From: a virus
Lineage: Duplodnaviria; Heunggongvirae; Uroviricota; Caudoviricetes
Virus record (IMG/VR): IMGVR_UViG_3300009709_000002
Coordinates: 1 to 64,000 of that record
Direction: 5' to 3' (one strand)
DNA: 64,000 nt
This document shows positions 8,123-19,543 of this stretch, in pieces (position 1 is the stretch's first letter; each line of letters begins with the position of its first letter). The notes beneath the pieces were generated by a model. It did not search any database, had not been told where the DNA came from, and worked only from the letters and a program-made list of their open reading frames with translations. Both the position numbers and the translations under genes were made by a program.

Positions 8123-8950
8123 TAGTATAAAGCACTGAGATTACATTGCTTTGCGTAAGTTCTTTCATTAGAGTACGAGTCGATTGCGGTCAACCCTTGC
8201 TAACTTATCCACATAATCCCTTGCGGCGACTATGTAAACCTACATGGCTGCTAGTTTAGAGTGCTAGCGGTTGCACTGTCACATTTAGTTACTCAGCATT
8301 CAACATTCCACCGATCTTGCGGACCGTTCAGGCGGCGAAGCCCTATGTGCAGTCTTATACTAATCTCCGTCAACCTTGCGAGTATCTGGAAAACCACATT
8401 CTGGCGAACCAGTGCGGTATTAAGCCACTTTAACTAAACGTCGGAAACGTCTTTGCATTTAATTGAGGTTTCGAACCATAATCGAATGTAGCATTTAAAT
8501 AATGCTCAACTTCTGCATCGACGAGCGTTTCCAGTTGCTTCATAACCTTTTGGGCTACAAAATACAACTCGCCGAAATGTCTTTCGCTTGCGGCTACTAG
8601 ACTTGTTTTCGATATCGCAGGGTCCGTTTCCGAATGATCCAACGACCTCTTAACATGCGAACTGCCCTTGTTTGCGAGACTCGGACTAATTTCGCTACCC
8701 CTCGGTATACCTGCCCGTTAAGTAGTATGACTGGAGATTCGGCACTACCCGTTAATTCTTCCTTGACGCTAGTTCCCGGCAAGCCGGCTAGTACACCAAA
8801 GTTTTTTCCAATCCTCAACTTCACAGTTAGAACCACCATGTAGTGATCCTAAATACCTCGGCTTGTTTGGATGGCCTATTGCTAGGTGCGAACTTGCTTA
8901 GGGTCCGCTTTCACGTAGTTGCCTACGCTTATCTTAAGGATACCAAACTA
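8123..8950 (-). ncRNA. giant structured ncRNA candidate C (~830 nt; GOLLD-like in size and context)
   Basis: Lies between tRNAs; many GCAA/GAAA/TTCG-capped hairpins; 3' domain closed by TAGTATAA/TTATACTA (8123-8362). Confidence 0.65.
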
Positions 8951-8953
8951 TCC

Positions 8954-9028
8954 AGGTGGGTGAGGGTGGATTTGAACCACCAACCTCTGCCATCGAGTAG
9001 CAGCGCTCTAACACTGAGCTACACACCC
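8954..9028 (-). pseudogene. tRNA with scrambled anticodon loop (nominal Arg TCG)
   Basis: Intact D and T arms; loop ACTCGAT lacks U33; ends ACCT rather than ACCA. Confidence 0.6.
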
Positions 9029-9059
9029 AAATACTACTTTACAACACCGACTTGCCAAG

Positions 9060-9136
<77 letters not shown>

Positions 9137-9246
9137 AACTATAAAACTGGGAACTACTAAATTCAAATTTTCCTTGCGGTTAACTTGAAAAGATATTTTA
9201 TCACCGTTTGCTGCATAAGTAAATATCTTTTCAAACTATTTTTCGA

Positions 9247-9328
9247 CGGATTAGTGAGGAATCGAACCCCTACACGAAACTAAACCGGCCGGCGATTCGC
9301 AATGTTGACCATTACACTAGCTAATCCG
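9247..9328 (-). ncRNA. tRNA-like RNA with expanded anticodon loop, no CCA
   Basis: CGGATTAG/CTAATCCG stem; D-loop AATGGT; GGTTCGATTCC T-arm; ~15-17-nt anticodon loop. Confidence 0.55.
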
Positions 9329-9404
9329 TGGTGGAGAAGAACGGGATCGAACCGATGACCTTCTGCTTGCAAAGCAGTTGCTCTCCCAGCTGAGCTACAT
9401 CCCC
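9329..9404 (-). tRNA. tRNA-Ala(TGC)
   Basis: Cloverleaf, G3:U70, CCA. Confidence 0.95.
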
Positions 9405-9412
9405 ATTAAAAT

Positions 9413-9514
9413 GCTCTAGCAAAGAACCTAGGAATTTGCTTTGAGTCTACGGAAGTCTGCGATGAACAATCCGTCACCCTCTGTATTAAATCACCGAGCT
9501 AAACGCTACAGAGC
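9413..9514 (-). ncRNA. candidate ~100-nt structured RNA between the tRNA-Ala genes
   Basis: Ends pair (GCTCT..TAGC/GCTAGAGC); no ORF. Confidence 0.35.
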
Positions 9515-9576
9515 GGTTTCAAGTATCTTTGCATCGATGTGAGTTAAAGCCTAAGGATCGCATCGAGTAAATCAAG

Positions 9577-9651
9577 TGGTGGACCGTATCGGGTTCGAAC
9601 CGATGACGCCTGCGTGCAAGGCAAGAATTTTCCCAATTAAACTAACAGCCC
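9577..9651 (-). tRNA. tRNA-Ala(TGC), second divergent copy
   Basis: CTTGC-CTTGCAC-GCAGG; G3:U70; CCA. Confidence 0.9.
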
Positions 9652-9723
9652 AGTTCTTTGTAAGACAGAATGATAATCTTAAACCATCTATCTACAAAAG
9701 TAAAATACTTTTCAACAATTTCT

Positions 9724-9848
9724 TGGTGGACCTAACCGGAATCGAACCGGCCACCCGCGATGCTACTTCATCAGCTCAATCCGTGCACAGATCGAAAAGA
9801 ATCCATTTCGCACAAAGTCCGCTGCTCTACCGTCTGAGCTATAGGCCC
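9724..9848 (-). tRNA. tRNA body with ~50-nt structured insertion in the anticodon loop
   Basis: Intact acceptor, D and T arms plus CCA; total length 125 nt. Confidence 0.7.
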
Positions 9849-9854
9849 AAAAAC

Positions 9855-10010
9855 TTATGCTTTGATGTAAGCGTAGACAACATCTGCTGTTACACCAACG
9901 ATGAATCCGAATGATACTGCATCGCCGTTCAAACCTAACGCTGATCCGATTGACGAACCGATGACGACAACACCAATTAACGCTAAAATTGCTTTTGTAG
10001 ATTTATGCAT
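9855..10010 (-). CDS. small membrane protein (51 aa)
   Basis: Manual translation MHKSTKAILALIGVVVIGSSIG...; SD AGGA; promoter at 10040-10069. Confidence 0.65.
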   Translation of the reverse strand: MHKSTKAILALIGVVVIGSSIGSALGLNGDAVSFGFIVGVTADVVYAYIKA

Positions 10011-10132
10011 AATCTTCCTTGTTGCATCTAGTAAGGAAGATTATAACCACCTGCAAGCATATTGTGAAATACTTTTCACAATATTTTGCAGGTGGATCTA
10101 TTTATAAGAGTGATGGAAAAACCATCAAGATC

Positions 10133-11881
<1,749 letters not shown>

Positions 11882-11953
11882 GAATTGAGCCCCAAGTGAT
11901 GGTTGCTAGACTATTTATCCATCAACCTGTAACACTTAGGCTCGTGAAACAAC

Positions 11954-11976
11954 AAGAGGAGCCAGAAGCTCCTCTT
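11954..11976 (-). terminator. intrinsic terminator
   Basis: AAGAGGAGCCAGAAGCTCCTCTT. Confidence 0.7.
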
Positions 11977-12003
11977 TAACATGCAAATATGTAACGCGAT
12001 GTT

Positions 12004-12270
12004 TTACCAGCGGCGACCGTAGTACGAGCGACCATAGTAAGGGTGATAGTAAGGGTGGTAGCCCCAACCATACGACGGCGCGATCACAATTGTCGGTTGC
12101 GGTTGGACGTAAACTGGTGCCGGCTGGCCGTAGTAAGGTGTCTGCTGTTGGACGTACACCGGAGGTGGTGCCACGTAAACAGGTGCAGGAATTCCTACGC
12201 CGATGATAATACGAGCCGATGCTGCTGCCGAAAATGCTAATAGTGCGAGTGCTGCGAGAAACTTTTTCAT
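12004..12270 (-). CDS. secreted Pro/Tyr-rich peptide (PXPV-repeat-like)
   Basis: Signal peptide followed by IGVGIPAPVYVAPPPVYV. Confidence 0.8.
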   Translation of the reverse strand: MKKFLAALALLAFSAAASARIIIGVGIPAPVYVAPPPVYVQQQTPYYGQPAPVYVQPQPTIVIAPSYGWGYHPYYHPYYGRSYYGRRW

Positions 12271-12295
12271 CTGGTATCTCCTTTAGAGCATGTAT

Positions 12296-13039
12296 TTATG
12301 CTGCTAGTTTGGTCAATATGGCACCCGCTGGACCAGTAAGCTTGATCGAAGCGAAGTGCGGGTGGTCAGTGTTTCGCTTATTGACGGAGATAACCTTAGC
12401 ACCGCAATACGCTGCACGTTCAGCTAAGCCTGCAACAGGTTGTACCTGATTCGAAGTTCCGATGAGTAGAATGACCTTGCTCTTCATCAAGTAAGATTGA
12501 GCTTCAGTAAATTCAACCCAGTTTAGCTGCTCGCCAAACCAAACAACATTTGGTCGAGCGATGGCACCGCAGCTTGGACAGCGTGGCACATTATCTTTTG
12601 ACACGTATTTGACGTGATCAACATCACCTTCCCAGCCACAATCATCAAGACAGCGAGCAGTCTTGATGTCACCGTGAAAGTGCATCACATCTTTCGATCC
12701 TGCGCGCTCATGAAGATCATCGATGTTCTGCGTGAAGATTCGAACTTTCTTTGTTTCAGCCAGCTTGGTCAGCGAAACGTGAGCCATATTCGGAGCAGCT
12801 GCTCGCATCGCGACTCGCCGATCGGCATACCAACCCCAGACGAGCTCAGGATCTTCCTTGAAGCCGTTCATCGATGCAAAGTGCTCTGGGTCGTACTTAT
12901 GCCATAACCCATCATCTTTGTCTCGGAACGTCTGGATTCCGCTTTCCGCTGAAATACCAGCTCCAGTTAGAACTCCGACTTCCTTGACGGTGCCGAGCAG
13001 CACCTTAGCTGCGTAAGTTCCTGCGAATTCTTCATCCAT
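12296..13039 (-). CDS. Sir2/CobB-family NAD-dependent deacylase
   Basis: GAGISAESGIQTFR, TQNIDDLHERAG, HG, Zn-finger cysteines, RPNVVWFGE, GTS; start reassigned to ATG 13039 (SD GGAG). Confidence 0.93.
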   Translation of the reverse strand: MDEEFAGTYAAKVLLGTVKEVGVLTGAGISAESGIQTFRDKDDGLWHKYDPEHFASMNGFKEDPELVWGWYADRRVAMRAAAPNMAHVSLTKLAETKKVRIFTQNIDDLHERAGSKDVMHFHGDIKTARCLDDCGWEGDVDHVKYVSKDNVPRCPSCGAIARPNVVWFGEQLNWVEFTEAQSYLMKSKVILLIGTSNQVQPVAGLAERAAYCGAKVISVNKRNTDHPHFASIKLTGPAGAILTKLAA

Positions 13040-13079
13040 TAGGCTTGGTCTCCTTTCAGCGAAAATGAAATTGTCAAAC

Positions 13080-13415
13080 TCACTCTGCATCAGCAGGGCT
13101 GTTCGGATAAGGCAGACCACGCAGAGTACGTGCGAAGTCATCACAGTACTTTACGAGGTATGCATGATACTCATTCAACAGCGGCTGCCAATGATTGAGC
13201 TTGTCCTTGACGCGGAAGGTCGAACGAAGAATGCCGACGATCGACTGTTTCGATGCATTTTCCACGTCGATTCGTGACAGAAAATCATTGATCCAGTTCA
13301 AGCCAGCCTTGGAGCCTTCCGCGAATTGACCTTCAATCGTGGTGAAGATTTCTTCGAGCAGCTCTTGGTTAGCGAAGGTCGAGTTAACTTTGATTGCAAG
13401 TTGGCGTGGTGTCAT
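13080..13415 (-). CDS. hypothetical protein
   Basis: 111-aa ORF in operon. Confidence 0.7.
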   Translation of the reverse strand: MTPRQLAIKVNSTFANQELLEEIFTTIEGQFAEGSKAGLNWINDFLSRIDVENASKQSIVGILRSTFRVKDKLNHWQPLLNEYHAYLVKYCDDFARTLRGLPYPNSPADAE

Positions 13416-13989
13416 TTGAGATGAGAAAGTTGTTGGCTACAATCCAAGCGTGTCGATTTGCGTGAGCGTCGACCAGAGCGTTGTGCTGTTTGCCGGTTGC
13501 TTGTTCAAAATACTTACGACGTGAAGTTTGATAGTGAAACATCGTAGTGGCCGAAACATAATTCGTCCCTTCCGCTGCTGTACCACTGAGAATTGCATTT
13601 GTGTCAATGACACTTCCACGTAATCTAAGATCACGGAGAAGATAGTGAGGCTGAGGTGCGAGATTCTTTGGAAGATCTTCAAACAGCAAACCTTTGAAGA
13701 GCTCCCAGTCTGTGTGATAGTCGATGGAAATTTCCATCGCTTCATATGGAAGATTGACAAGCCACGTCCATAACGCGACAGAAGCTTTCATGAAAGTCAT
13801 GCCATACTTTTCATGGTTCAGTAATGGCACGATGTTTTCTTTGACGAAATCAGACTGAATTCTTGTGTCATAGTCGGTGATTTCGACATAGAACTCATGC
13901 TTTCCATCTTCAGTGACTGCACCGAATGAGATAAGTTGAGACCCGATGAAATCGGTGAACTCGGTGTCAATGAAGATCTTCTGCATCAT
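13384..13989 (-). CDS. DEDDh 3'-5' exonuclease
   Basis: FIDTEFT ... DW ... HNALVDA. Confidence 0.85.
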   Translation of the reverse strand: MMQKIFIDTEFTDFIGSQLISFGAVTEDGKHEFYVEITDYDTRIQSDFVKENIVPLLNHEKYGMTFMKASVALWTWLVNLPYEAMEISIDYHTDWELFKGLLFEDLPKNLAPQPHYLLRDLRLRGSVIDTNAILSGTAAEGTNYVSATTMFHYQTSRRKYFEQATGKQHNALVDAHANRHAWIVANNFLISNDTTPTCNQS

Positions 13990-14158
13990 TTTCTGCTTTC
14001 TTACGTGATTTGTATACTTCTATCGCCAGATCAGCCATGAAGATTAGGCATACTAGCAAAGTGGTGCATACGAGGATGAGGCCAATTAAAAATCCCATCT
14101 CCAGCATGGAGTGATCATCGCATGGACTAAGCTTTGCACAATACAGATATTCGTTCAT
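13967..14158 (-). CDS. small membrane protein
   Basis: One hydrophobic segment. Confidence 0.55.
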   Translation of the reverse strand: MNEYLYCAKLSPCDDHSMLEMGFLIGLILVCTTLLVCLIFMADLAIEVYKSRKKAENDAEDLH

Positions 14159-14213
14159 GATGATCTAATAAATCTGGGAAGCTACATTTAGCTTCCCAGT
14201 ACAACTAGCCAGC

Positions 14214-14624
14214 TTAATAGTGGCTGCGCCGCGTGGTAGTCGTTGTGGTGCGGACCGTGCCGATGCCGCTCGGATGCGGAGCAATCGTGGTGACGCGAGT
14301 CGTGACGGTGTGAGTCGGAGCGTAGTACGGATGATAAACCGGGGCGTACGACGGGTGATGGATGATGACGAGCGACGGTTGAGCGGCGACGATGACAGGC
14401 TGCACAGGCGGCACAGGCGGCTGAACATAAACCTGCTGCGGTTGCTGAACCACAACCGGCGGAGCTTGTTCGACGACTTGCGGAGCTTGTTGAACTTGCT
14501 GAACCGGAGCTTGCGCGACGACTTGCTGTTGAGGTTGAATGACTTGAGCCTGTTGCGGATCGCTATGATTGCACGCAGTGAGCATGAGTGCCAACAGACC
14601 GGAAATTACGAGAGTACGCTTCAT
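14214..14624 (-). CDS. Pro/Gln-rich lipoprotein
   Basis: Lipobox LTAC; early promoter at 14679-14708. Confidence 0.8.
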   Translation of the reverse strand: MKRTLVISGLLALMLTACNHSDPQQAQVIQPQQQVVAQAPVQQVQQAPQVVEQAPPVVVQQPQQVYVQPPVPPVQPVIVAAQPSLVIIHHPSYAPVYHPYYAPTHTVTTRVTTIAPHPSGIGTVRTTTTTTRRSHY

Positions 14625-14736
14625 TTGGTCTCCAGAGGAGTGGTTAATGGCGAATGCCGCCGGGTACTAAGAAAGTTAATTCTAACATAGGACATCATAA
14701 ATGTAAAGTACTTTTCACCAATTTGAATGCAACAAC

Positions 14737-14758
14737 GGCTAGGAAATTTCCTAGCCGC
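14737..14758 (-). terminator. hairpin terminator
   Basis: CGGCTAGGAAATTTCCTAGCCG. Confidence 0.65.
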
Positions 14759-14780
14759 CATTCTGTTACGAAAGAATTAC

Positions 14781-16664
14781 TTAGTCTTTGAAGTAAGTGA
14801 AGTTCTTTGGAATTTGCTTCATCAGCTTGCAGCACTGAATGAAGGTTTCATGCCTATCAAACACTACAAACAATTGAGTCGTGGCGTGTTTGTAAAGCTC
14901 CAAGAACACTTCAAAGTTACTACCGTGGAAAATATCTCCATCCAAGAACATACAAATGTTGAACTTCTTCTTCATCAGCTCTTTAATGTCAGATGACAGC
15001 GGTTCATTGAAGTTTGTACCAGCACCAAAGTGATCTGTGAACAATGACTTCAAACTGCCCTTTTCCATCATGGTCTTTTCACCGATCTTGTCAACCTTAC
15101 CATACGTGCCGCTCTTCGCATTACACAGATACTTCACGTGCGTATTGCTGAATTTGAACAGCCAGAACGTTGGTGACATATCCTTCGACCCACGCTTAAG
15201 CAGGTTATCGATGTTAGCGTAGATCTTCGCTACCACATCACTCATAGAGCCAGAGGAGTCAACGACGAAACCAATCTTCAGGTCTGAGTCTTTGAGAATT
15301 TCACCAGGCTTAACTGATGCAGCGCCAGCTTGCTTAGCGATGTCGATCGATGTGATACTACGACGATTCGGCTTTTGGTATGTCTCATAAGAATCTGTCG
15401 CGGTGGACGTGATCATCTTACGAAGCAGAGCTTCCCAGCCGAGCGATGGACGAACTTTAGAGTAATCGAACTTCGTGCCTTCTGGATTATGCGTATCAGT
15501 TGATCGACCACCTTCACCAGGATTACCATGGCCTTGGCTGATCTTCTTGTTAGCGGTGTCTTCAGGCTTATCTACATCCTTCTTACCTTCACCTTGCTTG
15601 TCATTGATCTTCTTGTTGTGTTCCTCAATGTCAGCTTCAGTGTGCTCTGGTTCACCATCGCCATCACCATCTTCACCAGGTTCACCGTCAGCATTGCCTT
15701 TCTTCTTTTCATCACTTGGATCACCTTCACCTGGCTCAGGTTGGTCATCACCAGCTACATCGTGATCATCGGCATCTGCGTCTAGAGCGTCTTCAACCTT
15801 CTCTTGTTCATCAGGCTTCAGCTTTTCAAACTCTTTCTTTACCAGCTCATACATTTCTTTGTATGAATTTTGACGGTCCAGGTTGACGTGGTCATTGAAC
15901 AGGCCCATAGGCAGCTGCTCCATACCGCTCTTCACCAGGTTGTAGTTTGTACGGAAGTCGCCAACCCAGTTGATGATCTTACCGCTAGCTTTCAAAATCT
16001 TTTGATAGTGAAAGTCAGCGTACGTGAAGTGCATGAATTCGTGAACGATCAAGAATTCAATGTAAGCGTAGTCATCCGGAATGTTACCACCATTGCTCTT
16101 CCACTTCTTACCCTTCGGCTTGATACCTTTCAAATGTGCAAAGTCGATCAGCGACTGCATGAAAGGTTTGTAGAAGATGAATGTTGCGTCAGCGGTCGCC
16201 GCAGCTGTCTTAACACTCGCGTACTTCTTGTTTTCTTTCTCGTCCGTAGACGGGATCATTACAATCTTTGGCTCGTACTTGTGCTTGTGGTCAATGAAGT
16301 TACGCAGCGGGAAAAATTGGTCATGCTCGGCTTTGATCCATCCTTCTAACTTCTTGAAGACTGGGAAGCTGAACTTTGACGCACCTTCCACCGGCGGCTT
16401 ATGTTCTTCCATCAAATGGAACACCGTGCTCTCTACGATATTGTTCTGAATCGTATCGTAGAGAATAGGCGCCTTAGCAGCAATCGGAGCAAACTCATTG
16501 ATCTTGTGATGAATTTGGGCGAGAATCTCACCCTCATTCTTACCAAGAGCTTGTGCAAGAAGATGAACTGCCTTCTTGATGTGTGCGTCATCGATCTTCG
16601 TCTTGGAGAAGGGAACTTCTCCAAGCTTGAATTTCCGATTTTCGAAAGCTTCGGTTAATTGCAT
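14781..16664 (-). CDS. HExxH metallopeptidase-like + vWA protein (DUF2201-type MoxR partner)
   Basis: TAAAT, HEFMH, N...D motifs; acidic linker; VDSSGSM MIDAS; GAGTNF. Confidence 0.85.
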   Translation of the reverse strand: MQLTEAFENRKFKLGEVPFSKTKIDDAHIKKAVHLLAQALGKNEGEILAQIHHKINEFAPIAAKAPILYDTIQNNIVESTVFHLMEEHKPPVEGASKFSFPVFKKLEGWIKAEHDQFFPLRNFIDHKHKYEPKIVMIPSTDEKENKKYASVKTAAATADATFIFYKPFMQSLIDFAHLKGIKPKGKKWKSNGGNIPDDYAYIEFLIVHEFMHFTYADFHYQKILKASGKIINWVGDFRTNYNLVKSGMEQLPMGLFNDHVNLDRQNSYKEMYELVKKEFEKLKPDEQEKVEDALDADADDHDVAGDDQPEPGEGDPSDEKKKGNADGEPGEDGDGDGEPEHTEADIEEHNKKINDKQGEGKKDVDKPEDTANKKISQGHGNPGEGGRSTDTHNPEGTKFDYSKVRPSLGWEALLRKMITSTATDSYETYQKPNRRSITSIDIAKQAGAASVKPGEILKDSDLKIGFVVDSSGSMSDVVAKIYANIDNLLKRGSKDMSPTFWLFKFSNTHVKYLCNAKSGTYGKVDKIGEKTMMEKGSLKSLFTDHFGAGTNFNEPLSSDIKELMKKKFNICMFLDGDIFHGSNFEVFLELYKHATTQLFVVFDRHETFIQCCKLMKQIPKNFTYFKD

Positions 16665-16667
16665 TGA

Positions 16668-19238
16668 TTAGCTCGTAAGGTGTGACTTCAGGTACTTAGA
16701 GATACGAGCATTGAAAGTCAAGATACCTTCTTCGTATTCGTCATCCTTGTGCATCTTCACCAGCTGTGACAGAACAGACTGGATACTCTTCTTGATGAGC
16801 TCCTTCGATTCATTCGACAGCTCCAGCAGCTTGATAGCGTGGATCATGTTGCGAATGAAGTTTTCCATCGTTGACACTTCTTCATCAACAAAGTGCTCTT
16901 GGTCATCCGTCAGTTCACGCTTCTTATACTGATGCTTGAAGATCTTCTCTTCAGCTTCAAAACGCTTTTCAACCTGCGAAAGCAAGAATTCCGTGAGGTC
17001 TTCCTTAAACTTGTGCGGATCGTTGTTGCGCATGTAGTTCATGAACTGTGGTTCGTCAGCCAAATTCTTCGATTGGTCATCGAAATACTTCTTGAGAACA
17101 TCACCAAGTTGTTCCGTCTTTGCCTTCGTGTAGAAGATACCTTCACCGAAGTTCACAGCATCGCTGTGCATGATCCAGTTCTTGACATCGCCAAGGAATT
17201 CAGGAGAATCAGCGCCTTGCTTCTTCAGCACGAACGACATCGTCGACTTGAACGAATCAAATACGACTTCCTTCAGATCATGATCAAGCTTTGTCATGTC
17301 TTCCTGAGTGTAGTTCGACGGATCGAGCTTTTTGAGCTTACGTTTCAGCGTCATCTGGAAGTGCTCAGCCGAGTTTGAGAACCAGTCTGAGTATTCACGT
17401 GGCGACATGTATATGTCTTGGTTACCAATGTCCAAGTAGAACTGACGAGTCTTTGGATCGCCTGACTTGTTCTTGAACTTGTCAGCAAAAGCAACGACGA
17501 AGTTGTAAAGTGATTCCTTGATCTTATCGTCAACGCCCTTGATCTTCGGCATCAGCTTGTCTTTAATGTACGTCTTCGTGTTCGCCCATGAAGCTTTGGC
17601 GTCGATAACGTCCACAACGTCGGACATGTGCTGTGTCAGCGGAATAGCACCATGGTCCTTCGGGTTGATAGCGCCAATGACGATCGAACCTTCTGGGAGC
17701 TTGTAGTTGCTACCACCAAATTTCTTTTCCAGGATAACCTGACGAAGTGCATTGAACACGTTCGGCTTAACACGATTGAATTCGTCGAAGAAAATCAGGT
17801 ACTTCCATTCTTTCTTCTTGTACTCAGCCGCGCCCATCGCCTTACCCTTTTCAGTCGTAAGGTAGTGCTTGTCAGCTTCCTCTGCATCCTTCATGATTTC
17901 AAGGTACAGCTTTGGTTCCGAGAAATCGGTCTCGATGTTGTCGCCCTTACCTTTGCCCTTCTTTGACAGCGGAATACCAGTGACATCTTCAGCATCCAAC
18001 TTCGAGCACTCGATGTAGATATAGCGAAGGTCAAGGTCAGTTGCTACACGAGCAGCTTCCGAAGTCTTACCAATACCTGGCATTCCTGAAACAATTGGCA
18101 CGTAAGTACGAGTGCCACCCAGCTTCATCTTCTGCTGAATCTGGTGCTCAAGAGTCGTGCGCCATTCTGTGTCATCATGCGTGTCATCAGCCGTTTGACG
18201 GAAGTCAGACGTTTCTTCAATCAGCTCCTCAACCGCCTTCAGCACCTTGTTGTACAGTGATGAGTGTGCGCCAGTCAGATAATTCTTGAAGTTCAGCTTG
18301 ACGTTGGTCATCAGACCTTTAGCGTCCTTCTGATCCTTTGGAGGAATCGAAGCGTTGATGTACGTGATCAGCTGTTCCCAGCGACGTGGCGAAGTACGAA
18401 CTTCAGCGTCGACGTCATTGTTGTTCAAGTGCTCTTCATCAAGCATCTTGTGGAACTTTTCGATAACTTCCTTCTTGATCGGGTTCTTGTTGTAGCGCTT
18501 GTCGTTGCTGTACTTATTGACGAGCCACGAGAACCAGTCTTCCTTGTTAGGAGTACCGAACTCAATTTCCTTGAAGTCATTGTTCAGCGAAATGTCGGTG
18601 TCAACACCTTCGTCGTTCAAGTTCGAAGCGTAGATGACGTAGCAGTTCTCTGGAATGTCATGGTGACCGAGCTTGCCGTTCAGGATACCACGAAGCATAT
18701 TACGAATACGAGTCGATGACTGACGGAAGTATTCATCCAGGAACAGAATCGTGTCGAAGTGCTCACGAACCTGCTTGAAATCGTCTGGGATTTCTTTCTC
18801 AGAACCGTCGAATTCTTCGAAGATCGAGATCAGGTCTTTTGGACCATTGTAGATCGTCTTCAGATACTGATCATCCGGCAGCTTCTTCAATCCCTTAATC
18901 TTCGAGAACAGATTCGAGTCAGCGAGGACGATCTTGTAGTCGGAGTCATCAAGGTGCTCAACTTCACGCTTTTCTGTGTTGTTGGCAGGATTGAAAACGA
19001 TGAACGGGATGTTGATGATGTGTTCTTCGGTGATGTGCGGAGCTTCAATCGTGATCTGCTCGAAGCCCATAAGCGTCGAAAAGAACTTGATGAAAGATGT
19101 CTTACCAACACCAGGATCACCTGAAAGGAGAATACCGGCTTGGCCTGTACCATCCTTCTTAGTGCGCATATTTGCGAGGATCTGAGTAATGATCTTTACT
19201 CGTTGATCAAATGATGCGCTTTGTGCGTTAAATTCCAT
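16668..19238 (-). CDS. MoxR-like ATPase with two tandem AAA+ modules
   Basis: GDPGVGKT/LFLDE/SPRRW and GMPGIGKT/IFFDEFNR/SPRE. Confidence 0.88.
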   Translation of the reverse strand: MEFNAQSASFDQRVKIITQILANMRTKKDGTGQAGILLSGDPGVGKTSFIKFFSTLMGFEQITIEAPHITEEHIINIPFIVFNPANNTEKREVEHLDDSDYKIVLADSNLFSKIKGLKKLPDDQYLKTIYNGPKDLISIFEEFDGSEKEIPDDFKQVREHFDTILFLDEYFRQSSTRIRNMLRGILNGKLGHHDIPENCYVIYASNLNDEGVDTDISLNNDFKEIEFGTPNKEDWFSWLVNKYSNDKRYNKNPIKKEVIEKFHKMLDEEHLNNNDVDAEVRTSPRRWEQLITYINASIPPKDQKDAKGLMTNVKLNFKNYLTGAHSSLYNKVLKAVEELIEETSDFRQTADDTHDDTEWRTTLEHQIQQKMKLGGTRTYVPIVSGMPGIGKTSEAARVATDLDLRYIYIECSKLDAEDVTGIPLSKKGKGKGDNIETDFSEPKLYLEIMKDAEEADKHYLTTEKGKAMGAAEYKKKEWKYLIFFDEFNRVKPNVFNALRQVILEKKFGGSNYKLPEGSIVIGAINPKDHGAIPLTQHMSDVVDVIDAKASWANTKTYIKDKLMPKIKGVDDKIKESLYNFVVAFADKFKNKSGDPKTRQFYLDIGNQDIYMSPREYSDWFSNSAEHFQMTLKRKLKKLDPSNYTQEDMTKLDHDLKEVVFDSFKSTMSFVLKKQGADSPEFLGDVKNWIMHSDAVNFGEGIFYTKAKTEQLGDVLKKYFDDQSKNLADEPQFMNYMRNNDPHKFKEDLTEFLLSQVEKRFEAEEKIFKHQYKKRELTDDQEHFVDEEVSTMENFIRNMIHAIKLLELSNESKELIKKSIQSVLSQLVKMHKDDEYEEGILTFNARISKYLKSHLTS

Positions 19239-19278
19239 TAGAGTAGTCCCTATTCTTAATTAGATTATATCACAGAGC

Positions 19279-19476
19279 TTAGCCCCAGGACATCATCTTT
19301 TTATAAAGTGATGGATTGGTCTTTTCAATGTGATCGGCTACTGCACAATGTTGTTCACAGTTTGGATCTTCTGGATCGATGTGCGGCATTGCGAGGTGGC
19401 GCATCGGATCGAGATTTTCTACTTTCGTCTTGGCTTCGAGGATGTTTTCCTTTCCAGCGGCTTGAGCGAGTTTCAT
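19279..19476 (-). CDS. small late protein
   Basis: TATAAATA at 19513; SD AAGGA. Confidence 0.65.
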   Translation of the reverse strand: MKLAQAAGKENILEAKTKVENLDPMRHLAMPHIDPEDPNCEQHCAVADHIEKTNPSLYKKMMSWG

Positions 19477-19543
19477 GATTGCGGTCCTTAGAGACAGGTT
19501 TTCTATGGAGGTTATTTATAGTGATGAAAAGCTACCGTCCAGT

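Noticed and set aside
8430-8839. Short ORFs 8430-8642 and 8597-8839
   Set aside because: They lie inside the hairpin-dense ncRNA candidate and have no recognisable protein features
12296-13039. Sir2 as a defence-type NADase (ThsA/DSR-like)
   Set aside because: It has the Zn-finger and CobB-type deacylase motifs and no defence partner domains
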